DNA of 64,000 nucleotides, from contig JBAZSC010000001.1 in assembly GCA_041662665.1 (NCBI GenBank), positions 1,511 through 65,510 of the forward strand, in the 5' to 3' direction. The notes under the pieces were generated by a model that worked only from the letters and a program-made list of their open reading frames with translations, made no database searches and was not told the origin of the DNA. The DNA is from Patescibacteria group bacterium (lineage in GTDB: Bacteria; Patescibacteriota; JABMPQ01; JAQVVF01). Of this stretch, positions 54,987 to 64,000 are shown piece by piece. A program made the position numbers and the translations under genes. Numbering within the stretch: position 1 is the stretch's first letter; each line of letters starts with the position of its first letter.

Positions 54987-57338
54987 TTGCAAAAAGACAA
55001 AAAATACAAAAAATTTGAGAAAGGATTCACATTAGTAGAAACATTAATCGCTCTCGCCATACTTGCTATTATTTCAGCAGGAATTTTTGGTATTTTTCAA
55101 GCTGTTAGCAAAAGTTCAAATATTTATGAAACAAGGACAGTTGCTACTGGATTAGCCAATGAACAAATGGAATTGATAAGAAATTTACCTTATCTTCAAG
55201 TTGGTACAACAGAAGGCTGGCCACAAGGTAATATTCCTTCAACTAGTCCTGCACGAAATATTAATAATGTTAATTATACTGTTCATACTGATGTTCAATA
55301 TGTTGATGATCAATTTGATGAATTAGCTCCAAATGATCCATATAATGCTGATTATAAAAAAGCTCGCGTTTGGGTGACTTGGGACACATATCCAAGTACA
55401 AATCCAGTAACACTTGTTACAACTATTGTTCCAAAAGGACAAGAATCAATTGAAAATGGCGGAACATTATCTTTACAAGTTTTTGATAATGTTGTTGCTC
55501 CTGTTTCTCAGGTTAGCGTACATATCGAAAACAAAAGTTTAATACCAAATATCGATATTAATACTCAAACAAATAGTCAAGGCGAGCTTGTTGTTCCAGC
55601 TTTGCCCGTTGATACTGGAAATAACTACTATATTAGAGTTAGCAAAACTGGTTACACTTCTGATTATACAGTTCCAATCACACAAGAGGATCCAAGTCCA
55701 ACATTGCCAAATCAATCAATTCAGCAAGGCACAATTACTGAAGTCAGCTTTACAATTGATAAAGTCAGCCGTTTGACAATCAATGCTACAGGTACGCAAG
55801 GCGGAGGAAGTTGGTGGGACGTTGGCTATCAATACCGAAAACAAATTACAGTTCACAATAATAGCGCAAATATTCTTCCAGCTCATTCAACAGTTGCCTT
55901 GAATTTAGACCATTATTCTTTAGTCCAAGCAAATAAATCATTAAGTAATGGCAATGATATCAGAATCGTATATTTTGATGGTTCAACTTGGCATGATTTA
56001 GATCGAATAAATTCAACAGATTGGAATCAGAATGGTACTGAAACAAAAATTTGGTTTGCAACTCAACAAGATATACAAGCTTCAGCATTATCTGACACTT
56101 ATTTCCTATATTATGATAATAGTTCAGCTTCAAATCCGAACACAAATTTAACTTCAATCTTCACACCAGAACGTGATAGTGATACAGCAGGATTATACTA
56201 TTTTGAAAATTCAGATGGTACAATAATTACGGATTCATCAGGAAATAATAACAATGGAACAGTAACAAATCCAAACTGGACAGCTGGTTTTAGCGGACAT
56301 TCATTATTATACGATTTACCATCAGCATATGCCGAAGTTTCTGTTGCTGATAATTCTTCATTAGATATAGAAGGCCAATTAACTTTAGAAGCTTGGGTCA
56401 ACCCAACATCAATCGCTGGAAATCAAACAATTATCGATCGTTTAAATGATTATGCCTTATGGTTAGACAATGGAATACCTTCATTTGGCGTTTTTGATCA
56501 AGTCGCTGGTTTAAAAAGCATTCAAGCAACAGATCCTGTCCCAACAGACACATGGTCATATGTCTCAGGCACTTATCTTCCAGGAAACATGAAAATTTTT
56601 GTAAACGGAGAAGAGAAAAATTCTAAAAGTGAAACAGTTACATATCTAGCAGTAAATTCATCGCCTTTGACAATAGGCAATGGCAATAACTTTGGTGAAA
56701 AATCTTCTCAATTTATCGGAAAAATTGATAGCGCTAGAATTTCCGATATTATCAGAGTTAATTTTCCATTTAGTTCTATTCCAGATACAAATTTAACTTT
56801 GGGTGAAGAAGAAAGCGTGATTGGCGCCAATCCAGTTGCTGGAATCAGCTTAAATATAGTAGGCGAAAGACCAATTGGACATGACGGAGAGGGCAATCCA
56901 ATCATCAGAAATAATTTTTTAAACCAAACAACTAATGCCTCAGGTCAATTAATCCTAACTGATATTGAATGGGATAAATATACAATTACTTTAGCTAGTG
57001 ATGGTTACGATTTAGCTGAAATTTCTCCTCCAAATCCAGTCAATATTACACCAAATGAAAATCAAGTTGTAACTTTAGTTTTGGTTCCTCACACTGACAA
57101 CAGTTTAAAGGTTACAGTTGTTGATAGTTCTAAAGATCCAATCAATCAAGCAACAGTTCATGTAACAAATAATGGATTTGATCAAACAAAAGCTACAGGC
57201 TCTGCAGGACAAGTATTTTTTAGCGCTTTAAATCCAGGCACATATAATATAGAAGTTACTAAAGATGGTTTTGAAACAATCACTACAACACAAGACGTTT
57301 CAGGTCAATCAAGCCGTGAAATAATTTTAGCACCGTAG
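54987..57338 (+). CDS. large type IV pilin-like protein (783 aa) with prepilin leader and C-terminal beta-sandwich (carboxypeptidase-regulatory-like / LamG-like) domains
   Basis: KKFEKG|FTLVETLIALAILAIISAGI class III signal (Gly-1, Phe+1, Glu+5); only in-frame start is TTG at 54987. Confidence 0.6.
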   Translation: MQKDKKYKKFEKGFTLVETLIALAILAIISAGIFGIFQAVSKSSNIYETRTVATGLANEQMELIRNLPYLQVGTTEGWPQGNIPSTSPARNINNVNYTVHTDVQYVDDQFDELAPNDPYNADYKKARVWVTWDTYPSTNPVTLVTTIVPKGQESIENGGTLSLQVFDNVVAPVSQVSVHIENKSLIPNIDINTQTNSQGELVVPALPVDTGNNYYIRVSKTGYTSDYTVPITQEDPSPTLPNQSIQQGTITEVSFTIDKVSRLTINATGTQGGGSWWDVGYQYRKQITVHNNSANILPAHSTVALNLDHYSLVQANKSLSNGNDIRIVYFDGSTWHDLDRINSTDWNQNGTETKIWFATQQDIQASALSDTYFLYYDNSSASNPNTNLTSIFTPERDSDTAGLYYFENSDGTIITDSSGNNNNGTVTNPNWTAGFSGHSLLYDLPSAYAEVSVADNSSLDIEGQLTLEAWVNPTSIAGNQTIIDRLNDYALWLDNGIPSFGVFDQVAGLKSIQATDPVPTDTWSYVSGTYLPGNMKIFVNGEEKNSKSETVTYLAVNSSPLTIGNGNNFGEKSSQFIGKIDSARISDIIRVNFPFSSIPDTNLTLGEEESVIGANPVAGISLNIVGERPIGHDGEGNPIIRNNFLNQTTNASGQLILTDIEWDKYTITLASDGYDLAEISPPNPVNITPNENQVVTLVLVPHTDNSLKVTVVDSSKDPINQATVHVTNNGFDQTKATGSAGQVFFSALNPGTYNIEVTKDGFETITTTQDVSGQSSREIILAP

Positions 57339-57438
57339 ATCTAATTAATTGTTAGATTTACATATTTTGCATACTATTTGTAAATTCCTGCCTATTGGCA
57401 GGCAGGCGTGCAAAATTAGTGAAAATTCGAGAAATTTT

Positions 57439-58050
57439 ATGTTTAAAATATTTAAAAAAGAAGCAGGCTTAACAGCTCTTGAAGTAGTCATTACTATCGG
57501 AATAATGGCATTAATTTCCGGAGCACTCTATGGCTTTGTTAGAGTTACCTTAAAAGCACAGCAAAAAAGTTTCGCTGATATCAAAGCAGGCGATGAAGCA
57601 AGAAAAGCAATTCTCTCACTTGCTGATAATCTTCGTGATACAATACAATCGTCAAGTGGTAGTTATCCAATACAAAACGCCGCAAATCAATCAATTACTT
57701 TTTTTTCAAATGTTGATCAAGATGACGAAGTTGAAAGAGTTCGATACTTTTTAGACGGAACTGATTTAAAAATTGGAACGATTGAACCACAAGGTGTTCC
57801 AGTAACTTATCCTGTTAATCAAGAAAAAATTAGAACAGTTGCACATTACATTCAAAATGGCGCTAATCCAATTTTTTATTATTTTGACAAAAATTATACT
57901 GGCACTCAAGCTGCAATAAATCCAAATAACGTTGGCGAAATTAGATTAATAAAAATCGTTGTCATCGTTGATGCCAACCCAAACAGTGCTCCTCCTGCTA
58001 CAACAATGGAAACAGAAGTTGGATTGAGGAATTTAAAAGACAATCTCTGA
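57439..58050 (+). CDS. type IV pilin-like / pseudopilin protein
   Basis: ORF 57349..58050 trimmed to MFKIFKKEAG|LTALEVVITIGIMALI prepilin-type N-terminus. Confidence 0.55.
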   Translation: MFKIFKKEAGLTALEVVITIGIMALISGALYGFVRVTLKAQQKSFADIKAGDEARKAILSLADNLRDTIQSSSGSYPIQNAANQSITFFSNVDQDDEVERVRYFLDGTDLKIGTIEPQGVPVTYPVNQEKIRTVAHYIQNGANPIFYYFDKNYTGTQAAINPNNVGEIRLIKIVVIVDANPNSAPPATTMETEVGLRNLKDNL

Positions 58051-58158
58051 AAAATTTTTAATTTCTAATTACTAATTTTTATTAAATTTATAATATCTAA
58101 TTATTAAACAACTGCGACAAGATAGTTTTGAAAATTTTAGCATTGAAAATTTAAAATT

Positions 58159-59559
58159 ATGAAAAGTAACAATCATAATCAAAAAGGCCAAGCCCTAGTC
58201 GTAGTCCTTGTCTTCACAAGTGTTTTTATGATTGTCGCAATTGGTTTATTACAACTTGTTGCTACTTTATACAAAACAGCTGTCAAAAAACAAAGTTCTT
58301 TGCGTGCCTTGCAGATTGCCGAAGCTGGAGCAAATTATTACAAATGGCGACTTTCTCATTCACCAGAAGATTATTCTGGATCTGGAGATTACGATTATAC
58401 AGACCCTTATGGAGGTATAATTGGTCATTATAATCTACAAATTACGCCTCCAATTTTAGGTTCTACAATAGTTACAATTAGATCTACTGGTTATTTAAAT
58501 GATGATCCAAACGTTCATCGCACTATAGAGGTAAAATTTGGAAAAAGGTCATTATCAGATTATAGTTTTTTTACTCATAGCAATGTTTGGTTTGGTGAAG
58601 ATGAAGAAGTAAAAGGTAAAGTCCATTCAAATGGTGGTATTCGGATGGATGGAGAAGGCGATTCTGTTGTCGAAAGCTCAAGAGAAAAATATATCTGTGG
58701 ACCAGAACATGGTTGCAATTATGTTGAACATGATGGAGTCTGGGGTACTGGAAAAATCCAAGAATTATGGCATTTTCCTCCAATTTATCAAGTACCAACA
58801 ATTGATTTTAATTCAATAAGTGTTGATCTTGGCGGTGCAGGCGGGCTTAAAGAAAAAGCACAATCAGCAGACGGAGATTATATCGGTTACTCAGGTAGTT
58901 TTGGTTATCGAATAAAATTTAATACGAATCCAGCGACATATGATCTTTATCGAGTTACAAGTACAATACCTACATATGGATATGATTTTAGTGATGGTTG
59001 GAAATGGAGATACATTGACATCCGTAATCAAACCTACGTAGCTACATATCCAGTTCCTGAGAATGGCATAATCTTTGTTGAGGATCAAGTCTGGGTTGAT
59101 GGCACTGTCGAAGGTAGAATTACTTTAGCTGCAGCAAATTTTTTGGCAACTGGCTCGGATCGTAGTATAATAATAAATAATAACATTGATTATCTAGAAA
59201 AAGATGGTAATCACGCGTTAGGCCTTATTGCTCAAAAAGATATTTTAGTTCCATTGTATAGTCCAGAAAGATTAGAAATCGATGCTGCTATGATTGCACA
59301 GAAAGGACATGTTTTTATTTATAATTATCAAGCTTCTAGATATGGGGCAAATACAGTAGTAAAGGACTATATAGAAGTTTATGGCAGTATCGGATCATAT
59401 AATATCTGGACTTGGTCATGGGTTAACGCGCAAAATACAGTTATTTCAGGTTATAAACAAACAGAAACATTATATGATAATAATCTGACGTATGCAGCTC
59501 CGCCAGATTTCCCTCAAAAAGAAGAATATGAACAAATTAGCTGGAAAGAAATCCACTAA
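58159..59559 (+). CDS. PilX-like minor pilin / pilus-associated protein
   Basis: 466 aa; N-terminus NQKGQALVVVLVFTSVFMIVAIGLLQLV resembles PilX_N domain. Confidence 0.5.
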   Translation: MKSNNHNQKGQALVVVLVFTSVFMIVAIGLLQLVATLYKTAVKKQSSLRALQIAEAGANYYKWRLSHSPEDYSGSGDYDYTDPYGGIIGHYNLQITPPILGSTIVTIRSTGYLNDDPNVHRTIEVKFGKRSLSDYSFFTHSNVWFGEDEEVKGKVHSNGGIRMDGEGDSVVESSREKYICGPEHGCNYVEHDGVWGTGKIQELWHFPPIYQVPTIDFNSISVDLGGAGGLKEKAQSADGDYIGYSGSFGYRIKFNTNPATYDLYRVTSTIPTYGYDFSDGWKWRYIDIRNQTYVATYPVPENGIIFVEDQVWVDGTVEGRITLAAANFLATGSDRSIIINNNIDYLEKDGNHALGLIAQKDILVPLYSPERLEIDAAMIAQKGHVFIYNYQASRYGANTVVKDYIEVYGSIGSYNIWTWSWVNAQNTVISGYKQTETLYDNNLTYAAPPDFPQKEEYEQISWKEIH

Positions 59560-59688
59560 AACAAAATTTACAAATCCCAAATCTCGATGGCAAACAAACT
59601 ACAAACCACAAATCACAAACTTTTAGCTATTTTTTGTAATTTGTCATTTGTATTTTGTTTGTAATTTGGAATTTGGAATTTCAACACT

Positions 59689-60756
59689 ATGTCAATTTTC
59701 ACTCCAAAAAAACAAGCCTTTGGCATCGAAATCAGCGATGCTTCAATAAAAGTTCTCCAATTAAAAAAGGGAGGCAAGTTTTATAAACTCGTAGGTTACA
59801 ATGTTTTAAAAATTCCTCAAGGAATAGTCGTTTCTGGTGAAATAAAAGATTCTAAACTCCTAGCTTCATATATTCAAAAAGCAACAAATAGTGCAAAACC
59901 AAAAAAAATTTTTATTTCAAATGTAGTTTGTTCTCTTCCAGAAAACAAAACCTTTGTTAGAATACTAGAAATTCCTCAAATGAGCAAAGAAGAATTAAGC
60001 GAAGGAATAAAATGGCAAGCAGAGCAGTATATTCCATTGCCAATTGATACAGTATATCTTGATTGGCAAATTATCGAAACAATAGATAGCAGACAAAGGA
60101 TATTAGTTGCTGCAGCTCCAAAAAAAATTGTTGATAGTTATATCAATGTTTTGAAGATCGCTAGATTAAAACCACAGGTTTTAGATCTTGAAGAAGCAGC
60201 TGAAGCAAGAGCTTTGATTCCAGAAAATCAAAAAGAGGCGAGTCTCATTGTTGATATTGGTGCCACAAAAACAGTTTTCTTTGTTCAAGATCGAAAAATT
60301 GTTCCATTCGCTTCAAATACTCAAGAAGTTTGCGGTAATAAGTTCACCGAAAATATCAGCAAAGCTTTAAAAATAAATATCGAAAATGCCGAAGCAAAAA
60401 AAGCAGCTTGTTGCAGTCCAGATCTTTCAAATGAAGAAAAAACGTTATTGCAATCAATTTATCCATTGTTTGACTCACTTGCAACTCAGATTATTAAAAT
60501 AATTGGCTATTACCAAAATCATTTCAAATCCGCAAATCCAATTAACAACATAATTTTATGCGGTGGAGGAGCCAATATCTCCGGAATAGTTCCTCATCTT
60601 ACTTTGAAATTAAAAATGAAAATCTCAATAGCGAATCCACTAACTAATTTACCAGTCAAAAAAAGCTTGCCAATCAATAATCAAGACTTGCTTAGCTTAA
60701 CAACAGTTATTGGTCTTGGAATAAGAGGCGCAGAGATCGTGAAGTATAGTAAATAG
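59689..60756 (+). CDS. pilM: type IV pilus assembly protein PilM (actin-like ATPase fold)
   Basis: 355 aa; N-terminal GIEISDASIKVLQL and VDIGATKT actin-fold phosphate motifs. Confidence 0.8.
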   Translation: MSIFTPKKQAFGIEISDASIKVLQLKKGGKFYKLVGYNVLKIPQGIVVSGEIKDSKLLASYIQKATNSAKPKKIFISNVVCSLPENKTFVRILEIPQMSKEELSEGIKWQAEQYIPLPIDTVYLDWQIIETIDSRQRILVAAAPKKIVDSYINVLKIARLKPQVLDLEEAAEARALIPENQKEASLIVDIGATKTVFFVQDRKIVPFASNTQEVCGNKFTENISKALKINIENAEAKKAACCSPDLSNEEKTLLQSIYPLFDSLATQIIKIIGYYQNHFKSANPINNIILCGGGANISGIVPHLTLKLKMKISIANPLTNLPVKKSLPINNQDLLSLTTVIGLGIRGAEIVKYSK

Positions 60757-60836
60757 TAATTAGTAACTAGTAACTAGACTTTCGTTTCGTCAGTTTCTAG
60801 TTACTGATTACTAATTACAAGTTACAGCAAAACACA

Positions 60837-61388
60837 ATGATCACAATCAATCTATTATCATCAGAAGAAAAGAAGGATATTTCCTATGAAAAAAACAACA
60901 TTTCTTTAATAGGCTCTTTTGTGATACTTGGTTTTATTATTGCATTATTAACTTTTGTTATTATAACAATTGAGGATGTTCAAACAGGTAATCTAGATGC
61001 ATTAACTTCTGAAACAAAAAATATTGAAAAATTTTTAAATCAAACTGGAAATCAGCAAATTGAATCAAAGATGAGGCAAATTAATTATTATTTAAGTACG
61101 ATTAAAACAATTAAAGGCGATCGAACAAATTTTTCGAAAACAATTGTCGAAATTGCAAATCAAACTCCAAATGGTATTAGACTATTTGACATAAAGCTTA
61201 ATAAGACAGACAAAAATTTTGAAATTTCCGGAAATGCAGGAACAAGAGACGAATTAATATTATTTACGAGCAATCTTGAAAAAACAGGTTACTTCGAAAA
61301 TATAGAATCACCATCCTCAAATTTGATCAGTCCAACAAATGTTAGTTTTAAAATAACAGGAAAATTAACCGATAAAGCTTTAAAATGA
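60837..61388 (+). CDS. pilN: type IV pilus assembly protein PilN-like
   Basis: 183 aa; N-terminal INLLSSEEKK (PilN INLLP-type motif) then single TM helix. Confidence 0.6.
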   Translation: MITINLLSSEEKKDISYEKNNISLIGSFVILGFIIALLTFVIITIEDVQTGNLDALTSETKNIEKFLNQTGNQQIESKMRQINYYLSTIKTIKGDRTNFSKTIVEIANQTPNGIRLFDIKLNKTDKNFEISGNAGTRDELILFTSNLEKTGYFENIESPSSNLISPTNVSFKITGKLTDKALK

Positions 61389-61498
61389 CTAGCAAGTCAT
61401 TCTGAGTTAGATTTATTGATATCAATAAATCTAACAAATGAAGAATCTCGTGAATATATTAGGGATAATCATTGCCAACAGAATAACAAAAACTAAAA

Positions 61499-62176
61499 AT
61501 GCAAAAATTGCAAAAAACATGGCTTACGATCGGAATCAGTCTTGGAATAGTTTTACTATACACAGGACTTATTATCTATCCTCAAACTTCAAACATTCTT
61601 GATCTCAACAATAAAATTTATCAAGAAAAAATCAGGCAAGAAGGATTGAAGATCCAAGAAAATGATATTAAGCAAGCCAAAGACAAAGAACAGAATATTG
61701 ATACAATCTTAGATCAGCTTTCAATCCATTTGACTACAAAAGATGATATTGTCAATTTTATAGTTGATCTCGAAAATATCGCCAAACAGACAAATAACGA
61801 GCAAACAATAAACATTCTAGAACAAACAAATGCTCCTCAAATCAAAAAAACAGAAAAAGAAGATACAACAAATACAGACACGAGTACAAATACTTCAGTT
61901 ACCACAAATCCAACTCAGGCCAATCCAACTAACAATTTCATCGAAGTAGAAGTTAAATTGCAAGGCTCGTTCGAAGACTTAGTTGCCTATCTTAACGAGT
62001 TAAAAAAAGCGACTACTCTAACTGATGAAACTTCCTTAGACAGCCAACTTGCAGAGCTTGCTACAACAAAAACTAGTACTCAAGTTGTTCAAAACGAAGC
62101 TATGCCAACAACAAGTGAGCTTTCAACAACTCTTAATCTTAAAGTATTTATAAAAGACCAAAATGCCACAAAATAG
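61499..62176 (+). CDS. PilO-like pilus assembly protein (tentative)
   Basis: 225 aa; N-terminal TM then coiled-coil; position after pilM-pilN. Confidence 0.4.
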   Translation: MQKLQKTWLTIGISLGIVLLYTGLIIYPQTSNILDLNNKIYQEKIRQEGLKIQENDIKQAKDKEQNIDTILDQLSIHLTTKDDIVNFIVDLENIAKQTNNEQTINILEQTNAPQIKKTEKEDTTNTDTSTNTSVTTNPTQANPTNNFIEVEVKLQGSFEDLVAYLNELKKATTLTDETSLDSQLAELATTKTSTQVVQNEAMPTTSELSTTLNLKVFIKDQNATK

Positions 62177-62447
62177 TCCAAAAAAAAGCCAAAATATTAG
62201 CGATTATTTTCAAAACAATAACAATAAAATGATCATTTTAGGTGTTTTTATAATATCCCTATTATTTATTATCTTTGGAACATGGATTTACTTCGTTACT
62301 TTTATTATTCCACAAGAACCAGTAGTAAGCGATATCACTCAAAAAAGACTAAAAATCGATACTGAGCAATATCAAGACGTGATCCAAAGCCTAACTAATG
62401 ACCAAGAATCAATAACACTTACGCCAAACAAAAACCCGTATAAATAG
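62163..62447 (+). CDS. hypothetical small membrane protein at the end of the pilus cluster
   Basis: 94 aa; one TM helix; 14-nt overlap with upstream gene. Confidence 0.4.
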   Translation: MPQNSPKKSQNISDYFQNNNNKMIILGVFIISLLFIIFGTWIYFVTFIIPQEPVVSDITQKRLKIDTEQYQDVIQSLTNDQESITLTPNKNPYK

Positions 62448-62451
62448 AACC

Positions 62452-62602
62452 TTCTACCCTGCCCGTGCCTGCCCGCCGATTTATCTGCCGCAGTTTTTAA
62501 CGAAGGCAGAAGTTCGACGAAGGCGGGGCAGGGGGTCATCAATGCACAAAACAAGGTTTTACAATAGCCACGCACCTCCCCTGCCGTGGGCAGGGTAGAA
62601 TT
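62452..62602. repeat. MITE-like palindromic element (ctaccctgccc...gggcagggtagaa) with nested ccgccga...cgaaggcgg core
   Basis: family member of 9425-9536; inner part resembles the 1952-2030/12284-12372 family. Confidence 0.6.
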
Positions 62603-62763
62603 CTGTCTTATTAAGTATGAAAAAAGACTTATTTAAGATAATGCCTATTTTAAGCCAAAATCACAAAAAACAGTTAATATCTGGTGTATAAAAAAAGATC
62701 TTTTTTATGACAAACTAGTTATTTTGCCTTAAAAAAGCCTAAATAATCCTTCAAAAAAAGGCT

Positions 62764-62830
62764 TGACATGCTTTTTAGCTAGTATAGTATATATATTAAG
62801 ACCGAACTTAAATGATATCTTCGGTTTTTT
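62764..62830 (+). promoter_or_regulatory. promoter (TTGACA-N18-TATATA) followed by leader hairpin accgaa...ttcggt + TTTTT (attenuator-like)
   Basis: read directly upstream of the LysM-CHAP gene region. Confidence 0.4.
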
Positions 62831-62922
62831 AGTCCCTAAAATTAACTTATCTAATCTAGCTTTCTTTAAAGCTGGATGACCAAAATTGACTGGATATCGA
62901 TTGCCATTCTGTCATCACTTGA

Positions 62923-64000
62923 ACTGGTCACCAATCAATTTCCAAGGAACATTATAAGCCTATTACTAGGACAAAACAAATCTTTGTTCATCTAATACCC
63001 AAAATTAAAACTGGGCTGAACAAGATTTACAACTACATTACAAAAACAAAAGAAAAAATTCAAAAACATCTAAAAATATTAGAACCTTTAAAAAACGTTG
63101 CTAAAAAATATAGCAAATATTACCTACACGCTGCTGTCATTATTATTGCTATTACTGTTGCCACATTTAATGTGTTAGCAAAAGAAGAAACAGTAACAGT
63201 TAAAGACAGTAGCATCTTAGCTAACTTAGCATTTCCAGAATCTAAAAAATACGAGATTGTTAAGAATGCCAACAAAAAACCAGCTAAGACAAATTATTTA
63301 TCTATTATCTCAATCGCTTCTGCTTCACCAACAGGTGGAGCAATGAACACAAGCAAAAATGCTGTTGGTGCAACTTCAATTGCAACATTAGCTAAAGCTA
63401 CAAAAAGCTTGCCAATGTTCAATAGCGATACATTAGTTAAAAATAGTTCAGTTAAAACAATCAAAACTAAACCAGAATCTGAAAAAAGAAACGAACCTTT
63501 CAAATATTTCGTAAAAGATGGTGATACAATCACAAGTATTGCATACAATTTTGCTGTTGATCCAGCTACTATATTAGTAGAAAACGATTTGTATGCTGAT
63601 GATGTAATCAAACCTGGTATGGAATTAAATATCCTTCCTGTTCCTGGTACTACAAAAAAAGTAGAAGCAGGCGACACTTTGGATCAAATTGCTGCTGATT
63701 CTGAAGCTGATCTTGAAAAAATTATTAAATTCAATAAATTAGCTAAAGCAGACAGCATTAAAGAAGGTCAAATCTTAATTATTCCTGATGGAAAACGTTC
63801 TATCAAGGAAAGACCTATTCCAACTCCAGAAGAACAAGAAGTCTTAATTGCAAATTACAACGAAACAAACGATACATACGATACACCACAAGACGTTTAC
63901 CAATCTCCAGTTGTACATATTCAAGGTAGAGTTGCAAACAACTTTCCTTGGGGACAATGTACTTGGTACGTTGCTGAAAGACGCGGAGATGTTACATGGA
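62923..64000 (+). CDS. membrane-anchored LysM-LysM-CHAP peptidoglycan hydrolase (partial, runs off window end; start codon unresolved)
   Basis: frame-1 ORF open from 62923 to the window end; TM helix LHAAVIIIAITVATFNVLA; two LysM repeats (DGDTITSIAYNF..., AGDTLDQIAADS...); CHAP-type NFPWGQCTWYVAERRG; no in-frame ATG before the TM helix. Confidence 0.6.

Noticed and set aside
63294-63677. 127-aa minus-strand ORF
   Set aside because: It is antisense to the well-supported LysM-LysM-CHAP coding frame. It has low-complexity composition and no RBS.

Overview
This is an AT-rich, gene-dense bacterial window, with GC roughly in the low 30s % by eye. Its architecture looks like a small-genome Patescibacteria/CPR-type organism, but that is an inference. 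The evidence is an archaeal-type cytidylate kinase, lysine/glutamate-rich tails on NusA, S1 and L19, 17 tRNA genes in 64 kb, a type IV pilus locus, and many short 'word-like' intergenic hairpins.

The housekeeping backbone comprises membrane H+-pyrophosphatase (hppA), nusA, ftsH, tilS, S1 (rpsA), gyrA, a UvrD-family helicase, L19 (rplS), cmk, an RluA-family pseudouridine synthase, a SpoU-family tRNA methyltransferase (trmL-like), a NUDIX hydrolase, a GH3 beta-N-acetylhexosaminidase, a PQQ-type sugar dehydrogenase beta-propeller and a PAP2 phosphatase. A pilB-pilC-pilin-pilin-pilX-pilM-pilN-pilO cluster ends in a partial LysM-LysM-CHAP wall hydrolase.

The accessory content looks as follows:
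- Two paralogous HTH proteins with a LAGLIDADG-like G-x-Y-x-G-E-G motif. In both, the stop codon and last codons lie inside the 5' acceptor stem of a tRNA-Gly gene, within tRNA arrays.
- Two visibly GC-rich islands (about 33.2-36.1 kb and 48.2-50.1 kb) in the AT-rich background. One has a 581-aa secreted Cys-rich protein with DNDCDG-type repeats. Both have tiny hydrophobic-peptide ORFs with strong RBSs, each followed by conserved repeats and bounded by TIR-type (MITE-like) elements.
- A TrmB-family regulator gene bracketed by two copies of a perfect CACGTG-centred palindrome.
- Tandem paralogous small genes with duplicated promoter/terminator modules (1.3-3.3 kb).
- A four-gene block of unknowns with duplicated TTGACA-N16/17-TAGTAT promoters (18.6-20.5 kb).
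- Several families of nested palindromic or stop-codon-associated repeats.

No rRNA, CRISPR array, integrase or transposase was recognised.
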